Assembly: GCF_009914755.1 (NCBI RefSeq)
Contig: NC_060935.1
Strand: one strand, 5' to 3'
DNA from: the human T2T-CHM13v2.0 reference genome, Homo sapiens
DNA: 64,000 bases
The notes beneath the pieces are model-generated. The model saw only the letters and a list, made by a program, of their open reading frames with translations, searched no databases and was not told the DNA's origin. The position numbers were made by a program, and so were the translations under genes. Positions 53,331-64,000 of the stretch are shown one piece after another (positions within the stretch are counted from its first letter, which is position 1; the number at the start of each line of letters is the position of its first letter).

Positions 53331-55169
53331 TTAAGGAGTCCATTGTTCTCTGGGTGTTTATAGATTCCCTTTCAATATCTGGGACTTAAAGAAAAAAAGT
53401 AAATACTGACATCACACATATCACATAACTCCAACAACTCTCTTCTGTTTGAAGTTTTGCAACCTGTCTGCTTTTTCTCAATGTCTGGCATAATTCCAAT
53501 CCTTAATGATATTTCAAATATTCCTCTAAGTAGTTTAACAAATGTCGGCCCACTTTTCCTGCTCCTAAGTGATTGTGAGATAGACTATTCTGATATTAAT
53601 ATTCTCTGAGTTTAACTTTAAATGTAACCATGGGATTAAGTAGATTTGGGTTGCTTTTACTTTTTCCCCCCGTTCATATCCTTTGTTGAAGAATTATTGC
53701 ATAATTGATATAATCATTTGGACAATTAGTCTGATTTGGCGATTAAAACTTAAAACGTTAGATTAACTTTTATTTTTAAAGTCTGTTACTTCTTATAAAT
53801 AGTATAGTCTGTAAATTTATATAAGTCAAAATTCAATTTGAACTTTTACCCTGCAAATCTGATTAAAAAATCAGTTTGCCATAGAAAACACTTTAATAGC
53901 TGGGATTTTGGTTTAATTTTTTTTTTAGCTTTTTTTGTTTGTTTGTTTTACATATTTCAACATCAGAGTAAAATTTTACTATTATATATATATATAATAC
54001 ATTATATAATATATATGTGTAATATATATTATATAATGTATTTTATATATATATAAAGGAAAAAATGAGATCAAATCCAGTCTTAGAAAATATTTGAAAC
54101 CTCTAGTCATTTTATGTAAACACTCAAACTATTTCATCAGACTATTTTGTAAAATGCCTAAAATATCTGCTTTAAGGAAAACATAATTATTGATAAATAG
54201 CTTTTCAAATTCTCATTGGCAGCATATATTTAACAATTTTGGTAGAGATTGAAAGAATTTGAATGTTGTATCATCTGTGAAATTTAATGCAGTTTTAAAT
54301 AAATTAATCACCTAAAGAATACTAGAGTGAATACTTTATATGTCCCCAGAGCACTGTAGAAACACCTTGTTATACTATAAATATATGTATTGGACGTCCC
54401 TACTGCTTGTTGGAATGTAACTAGATTTTTCCAGGTAATTGAGAATTTTAAAAATCTGTCATTTTAGCTAACAGACTAGCAGTTAGAATATTTACTATAT
54501 ATATACTGTTGTACGTGAGTGTTTTAATACATTCTCTTCATTTTTTTCATAGGCTAAAACCACTAGCATGCTGGAAGTAGGGGTATTAGTTACCTAATTA
54601 GTCATCATTCAGTTCCCAACAGTTACAAAATTGCAAGGGAAAACCAAAGTCATCATGACATGAAAAAGTTTACTAAATAGTTGACTACTTGTATAATTAA
54701 GTTTTCATAAATATACCTTCATACTTGAAATAACACTAATGTTGAGCTGATAGAAAGGTTTTTATTTGGTTTTTAGGCAATGATATCTCAGTGAAGTCTC
54801 GTCAAAGTAAAAAGAATACTTCTGTGGTCAGTGTTAGTTTCCTGCAATGAATTACCAGGAAATAGAAAGATTTGGGGATGAAAAGTCAGGCAGAGGTTAT
54901 TGAAGGTGAGTCATGGTAGCCATGACTGAAAGTAAAGCTTAAAGTTCAAACATGAAGCATTTAGGTAGCATGCAGAGAAGTTGGACTTTTTGTGATAGAG
55001 ACTGTGACGCTATTGAAGGACTTAAGCAAAATTCTATACACAGAGTTGGACTACAGAATGATTTATCTGCCACAGCATGGAGGCTTGACGGCAAAAGGAA
55101 CAGATTTAAGGCAGGGAAACTTGTTAAATGAATATCGCAAAAGGCCACGGCAGAAGTAATTAATATACT

Positions 55170-55930
55170 AAACAAATATTTACTGAGCTTCTATCTGCCC
55201 AACACACTTCAAGGTGATCAGAACACAAAGTAAACAAAAGAGAACACAATCCCTGATCTCATGGAACTTACATTGGAGCAGTAGGAGACAGACTATAAAC
55301 AAAACAATAATAATTAAACTGTACAATGCAGTGGGAGGTGTTAAGTGATTTGGAAAAAATAAACAGTGAGAGAGGATCAGGAACATGGGCACAGTTACAA
55401 TTTTCAATAAGGCAGTCACAGTAGGCCTCATCGTGAAGGTGACATCTGAGGGAAATCTTGAGTGAGTAAGTGACATGAATATCTGGGAAAAACGTGTTCC
55501 AGGCAGAGAAAAGAGCTAGGAAAAGACCTTATGTTACACCTGTGTCCAGCACATTCAAGACAGTATCTAAAAGTCAGTGCAGCTGGAGTAAAGTGAATAA
55601 AGAGAAATAGGAAGTGGAATTGGAGGGAATGGGTTTTGGGATCAGTTAAGGTTTTTCAGGACACTCTATAAACTGTCTTTTGCCCTGAGAGCAATGAGCT
55701 AGCACAGGGTTTGAGCAGAGGAGTGACACGATGTTATTTTAGTCTTAAATAAATAATTATGTTTTCAACAAATAATTATGATTTATATCTTTAAAATAGA
55801 ATCTAAGAAAGGGGGCACACAAGTTAAAAGCCAGGATACCTATTGCAATAATAAAAGGTTGAAATATCAAAGTGACTTGGTCTATGGTGTTAGCAGTGCA
55901 AAGGATAAGTGGTAAGAAAGACCCGGATGG
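55170..55930 (-). mobile_element. L2 3' region
   Basis: aacaaatatttactgagcttctatctgcc...ccctgatctcatggaacttacatt...aggcctcatcgtgaaggtgacatctgag. Confidence 0.75.
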
Positions 55931-57749
55931 GAATGGAATAAATAGATATAGAAATGTCTAAACCGAGTGAAGATTGATAGGTCTTAGTAACTGTAAATAC
56001 GAGTGAAGATAAGGGAAAATTTAATCACTATTCTTAGGTTTTGAGTCAGCATAACTGACAGTATGGTGTTGCCCTTAATGGAAATAGGTAAGTTAGGAGG
56101 TGAAGTTAGTTTAAAGGAAGAACAGGTGGTTTTAATCATATTAAATATGAGAAGTTAGTGAATTCTATTATGTCATATAAATCAAATACAGAAATTTAAA
56201 AATTACATATTAGTGTGTGTATGCATATATATGCTTATACACTATTATGCATGTAATTATATTATAAATTTATAAATTATATATATATAAATTATGGACA
56301 TATTCATTTGTGGGATCCAAAGCATATACATTTGAGAGGCCATCTTTAAGAAAAATAAAGCGATATGACAAATATTTGGTTTGGGATCTTGGAAGTGGCT
56401 CATAAAATTGAGAGGTGCAGAAGTTTAAATTTCATAATAAATTCATTTCTGGTGATACTATAGAAGGCTCAAATTTCCAAAGGAGTTAGAACTGAATATC
56501 ACTTTTGGAGATAATAGGAAAAGATACTCTTTAAATGTAGAGAAGGTGAAAGAAGAATCAAGATAAAACAGCATCATAAAAGTTAAGGTTTGCAGCTTCA
56601 GGAAATAGAAGTGACTGGATGACCAAATATTTGTAAATATCTGACAGGCAACATGCTAGATGCTGGAAGCCTGTGACCACAGGATATGGTGATGTGGAGC
56701 CTTTTTCCATAGGCTCTACCAGATTGCAAAGGGTGGCAGCAAGTCATCCAGAAGCCAAAAAAGATAAAGAACACTCAATTGAGAAACATAGCCACATGAT
56801 TAAATGATTTTCTTAATTTTCATAAGTATAAACCTGTCATCAAGCTAATCACAGCTTTAGTGGCTGAGTATGAAAATATACTAACTCTGTACATACATTA
56901 CATTCTTACCCATGGGAGGAAACTTAGCATATCTGAGGACCAAGGACTCTCTAATATCCTTAGAGATCTTTACGCTTAACTGCATCTATGTGTCTTTGAA
57001 TAATTCCTTTGAATTTATGCATAACCTCTTTTTTTTTCAGCCAGCATATTTATTTCTCACTAAGAGCTCAAGAAAGTTAAAAAAATCCTCTATTGTTTTT
57101 ATGTAAGCAATTACAACATTTTCACTAAGTGTAAATTCTATTAATTGTCTAAATTCTCTAATTGTCTAAAGTGCTTGGCTTATAAAAATGAAATATATAT
57201 CTTAAAGCTATAATATGCGATTGTATTGATTTTCTTGTATTTTAGCAGCGGTTGGATAACTTTACAGATACTTTTGTCTGTGCTTGTGTTTTAATGTGGG
57301 GTAATTTAGCAGTTATTTTTCCATGTACAAATCAATCAAAATACATATTACATTGTAAAGTCTAAAGCAAAGTGGTGAGAAGTTAAATAATTTAGCCACA
57401 GGTCTTAGTTGCAGAGCTCAAAAAAATTAAAATATATATGATTCCAAACATTATAATCTTTAATCCAAACCTTCTCACTTTTATATTCTAATGAATCTTT
57501 TCCCCCGATCTGCCACCTTTTCTGTCACTAGACGGTCCTTATATATTATACATGCTTAATTGCCTCTCATTTAGTGACAAAAGATAGTCCCTTGACCCCA
57601 TGTCATCTCTAAACACTATTTAACCTCCTCTTTCCTTTTCACAGACCATTTTATTGAGTTTTTATCCTTACAGTTTCTACTTCCTTTCTTGTCTGCCATT
57701 TATGCATAAACTTAATACAGTCTGATTTTCATTCCCCTATCACAAATAG

Positions 57750-58047
<298 letters not shown>

Positions 58048-58634
58048 TAGAACACTATTTTATAAGTATATTCAATGATCACTTGCTAGTTCTTATTCAT
58101 ATGCTTGGGACAAAAAAAAATTTTTTCTTCTCTCATTAAATTATGTCATTACAATTACAAGTATCATAAAAGTTTGGAACTAAATACAATCAACTCTTAA
58201 TAGGCATTCAATATGATATGGCTGTAAGTCAGTTTATTTCCCCAGATGGTGAGAGTCCGTTAACAGGGTGGGTAAGTTTAGAGTGTCTTACTTGTAGGCA
58301 TTCCTATTTTTTCTGTCCCAGTTTATCAGAAGTTTACACTTGCTTTACTTGGCTCACTGATCTAGGTACAAGGAATAGAAGTCCAGAAAGTCTAACGTTA
58401 AGTGGGCAAGAGAAGGAGGTAAACACTCTGTAAAGGAAAGAAAGGAAAGATGGACTAAGGTCAAAGAAATGGGCCAAGAGGAATATGTTTTTTGTTTTTT
58501 TTTCTCCAGCAGCACCACTTAAGATAGGACTTTTATTAAGTGCTTTTGGGGGAATATAATTTATTACACAGTATATAAACCTTCAAATTAAATTCCCCTT
58601 TGTTCCAAGTTTATGACCCGGAACATCAGCTGCC

Positions 58635-60410
<1,776 letters not shown>

Positions 60411-60596
60411 CCAAGAGAAATTATATAAATATATTGTGACATACTGTATATATATACATCTATGTGTGTGTGTGTATATATATATAAATATATACATCTT
60501 TTTATATATAAATATATATATACACACACATATATACACACACATAGATGTATATATGTCTGTTTATGTATATATATGCGGTATGTCACTATATAT

Positions 60597-60650
<54 letters not shown>

Positions 60651-63600
60651 AAAAACCCTAGAAGAAAACCTAGGCAATACCATTCAGGACATAGATATGG
60701 TATGGGCGAAGACTTCATGACTAAAACACTTCTGCTCAGCAAAAGAAACTATCATCAGAGTGAACAGGCAACCTACAGAATGGGAGAAAATTTTTGCAAT
60801 CTATCCATCTGACAAAGGCCAAGAGGAATTATATAAATATATTGTGACATACTGTATATATATATACATCTATGTATGTGTGTGTGTGTGTATATATATA
60901 TATACACACACACATATATACGTATATATGTCTATGTATATATATGCGGTATGTCACATATATAGTGACATACATACTGTATATATACACATGTACACAC
61001 ATATGTATGTATATATGTATATGTGTGTGTATATATATGTGTGTGTGTGTGTGTATACTGATTCAAGTATGTCATCTTTTCTTTCACATTCAGATCATTA
61101 GAAATGCTTTTTCCACTGCCTGGACCACTCTCCTCTCTCTTCTACCTGGAATGGTTAATTCCTATTTTTCCTCGGGCTCTAACTTGATCTTTGAAAAATA
61201 TCTTGCTGTCTAGAACATAATTAATTTCCTGAGAGACAGTGAACATGAACATTTTGAAAACGTTGCCCAAATGTACTATTCATTCCACACCTCATTGAAA
61301 ATTTCTGTTCTAGAAAGACCATGGGAAATGCATGGTGCTTCCAAAGACAGCAGTGATGGACTTCTAGGTAAAGTGAATCATGGTACTTACCCTCCTACTG
61401 TTAGCACCAGTGACTCCAAATGGATCCCCCAAATTAAATCATATGTAACTAAACATAGCTCCTTGTTGTGGAAGGGTTTTGTAAGTTTAGGTGCATCGGC
61501 AGTTACATACATTGGTTTTATTTTGTGAAGGTTTTTGCTTTACTTGACATTTTACTGTCTACAGAGTTGCTGTCAAAAATATCCATGCTAAAACTACGAT
61601 GTGCATTTGCATGATGGCTAACTGTTATTTATCTCATTTGAGAAACTAATTAAATACCCTGCTTCTCTGAATTCTGAGTAATTAATGAAGTGTTTAGGAA
61701 TTAGCAGCTGGAGGTAGAACACTGATTTTTTCCTCTATCATTGTCCACAGTAAGTGCTTAAAATAAGCAACCATCATTCATTATTTGCTCCATTTTAGAG
61801 CTTTAATTTTAATAAATACTAAACACATAGGAAAATAAAGTGCCTCAGTTGTGTTTGTTTTAACTTTTGTTTTACTTTAATTTTTAAAATTCCTGGTTTA
61901 ATAAAGATTTGCATTATCACATGAGAGGAATTCTATATTGGTGGATAACTGAATAGATACCATCATCATAATGTGCTGAACTGGCAGACTATGTACCATA
62001 GCAAACTGAGAGATTTGCCTTCTTCTGTCATAGATTGACATCAGAAGTGGACACTTTCTGTATCTAAGTTGTTAGTTCTCAAAATTCTCTGTATATGCTG
62101 GCTGAAAATAAAGGCAAAATCAAGTCACATCGCAAAAGCATTATCTTAGATGTATATGGATCTTTCTAATTTATAAGAACTCTAAATTCTCAGTGTGCCC
62201 ACTAGAATTCAGTATGACTGGTGTTTAAAAACTGTGCATATCCATCTCCATTTTCTGTGTCTGCAAAATTCCTGCATTTCAAGTCTCATTTCCTATCAAG
62301 ATCCCATACCTAACTCACTCACTTTCTTAAGTGAATCACTGCTCCCAATCCTTTCTTAAAAGGTTGTGTTCATGACATAACTGTTGTGAGACTTCTTTTA
62401 GAAATTAATTTTAATTTTGCTTGTTGTGGTCTATCCAAAGAGATTTTGCTCATGAATATCCTCATTTGAAAAATCTTACAAAAGTGCTCAATTGTAAGGG
62501 AAACCATGAATAAGGCAATTTTCTACTGTCCTCTGCAAACCACTTTGGGCCTAGGAGTGTTACACTTTTTTAAAAATCATATCACTGTCCAAAATATGTT
62601 GTAGATCTTGTGAATTCTAAGTGTTCAAAGATATTTCCATAGCAGAGAACACTAAGCAGGGAACACTTCCAAATGGCAGCTGCCTAATTTCTATTTTTAT
62701 ATATAAGTGAAACAATACAGCACTCCCCCTCACCAAAAAAAAAAAGGTTGAGTTGAAGAGAGCAATGACCCAAAGATACCAGAAGTCCAACAAAACTGAT
62801 AAAGTGCTCTAATTGACACAAGGTGCCTAAACGTTTATGTTAGTATTAACCTCTTAGCATAAAACCTCAGCTCTGCAAATGTCACTGCTTTCTAAGGTTC
62901 AGGAAAGTTCAACACACAAAAAAAGTAGATTGTGTTTTAGAAATAAAAGGCATCATAAATTACCTATGATTGAAGAACCTTTTTCTCTGTCTTGAAAATT
63001 GCTGAAGCTCCTCCCTTCAAGGAACTGCAGTTGGCTTCCTGTCCTTCACTTGATCTGATGTTAATTATATACCTGTCAGCCTACCTACTCTATTTAGAAA
63101 GCAAGTTGCACATTTTTCCAACAACCCACCACTTAGTTCTCTTCCAATTTTTAAATAGTGCTGACTGGTACTTTTTAATTAAGATTTGACAGTTGAAATT
63201 TGCATTCCAAAAGCTCATTGAATTTTATGGAATTAGCTTGCCTATTTTATCCTACACACACACCCCACAGTAATTTCTAGGCCATTTTTTTCAACATATA
63301 AACAAGCTTTCCTTTTTCTGGGTTTCAATAGCATAAATTCTGTAGACTGTAGAAAATTTCACTTTTAAACTATTGTAAATTAGCATTTGCCATTTGATGT
63401 TCTGTTAATGTAGTGTAATTTGGCATGGCAGGGAATTTGTGTAACTGTTAAAACATTCTTCCCTATTCATTATTAATTTATATTAACTACAAGCAAAGGA
63501 ATTCACTGGAGCTTACTGGACTTTAATCTCATAACTCTGTGGCTGATGCTGAGATTTTGGTACGTTTAAGTGATAGAAACTACATAAGTAGAGTGTTAAA

Positions 63601-63794
63601 TTTTTGGTTCACAGAAGAAAAACCTAGTTCAGCACAAAATTATATTAGTGTCCACTTGTTATTACTAGCCACAGTCATATTTTTAAATAACATGTATCCC
63701 AGACAGAAGCTTATTTATGAACATAAATGAGCTTATTTTCTAAATAGTTTAGCAGCATATAAAATGAACATCAACTAGCAAATATATTACTTAC

Positions 63795-63828
63795 CTGTTA
63801 TGTGGATAGTAAAAATGACTTTCCAAAC
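63795..63828 (-). other. Candidate internal exon (34 nt)
   Basis: Acceptor catatttttaatcctgtag|GTT; consensus donor CAG|gtaagt; non-repetitive context. Confidence 0.45.
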
Positions 63829-64000
63829 CTACAGGATTAAAAATATGTTAAGTTATATAGAAAAATATTATGTTATATATACAAAATACTGCAATGCTAC
63901 ATATGACAGAATTAAATATATTTTGGGGGGAATGCATTTGTGTTATTTACGTAAAAGGAGAGTTATCTCTAAATTGTATATAAACATATAGTTCTACTTA

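Overview
AT-rich human genomic DNA; a 5'-truncated AluYb8-type insertion at 26.8 kb marks the species, since that subfamily is human-specific. I recognise no protein-coding gene. Nearly all listed ORFs are L1/Alu/LTR fragments, microsatellite artefacts or chance ORFs. Much of the window is transposon debris: L1PA/PB/M, AluY/S/J, THE1, MLT1, MER39 with a nested ERV1 LTR, MER2/MER44/MER5/MER20/MER81, L2, MIR and a CR1/L3 RT fossil. Subfamily names come from my recall of consensus sequences and need RepeatMasker/Dfam confirmation; boundaries of old elements are approximate. What a repeat catalogue does not explain: (i) a high density of short local duplications of different ages, including two non-tandem direct copies of ~245-250 bp, a composite copy joined by (AT)n runs and a 400-bp tandem copy of an L1 end; (ii) a chain of candidate minus-strand exons suggesting a spliced, probably non-coding transcript, including a 9-nt microexon candidate; (iii) two twin-primed (5'-inverted) L1 insertions; (iv) a perfect 14-bp hairpin; (v) long repeat-free, motif-rich blocks that may be enhancers. 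I see no convincing evidence of a new biological system; the findings are hypotheses to test.
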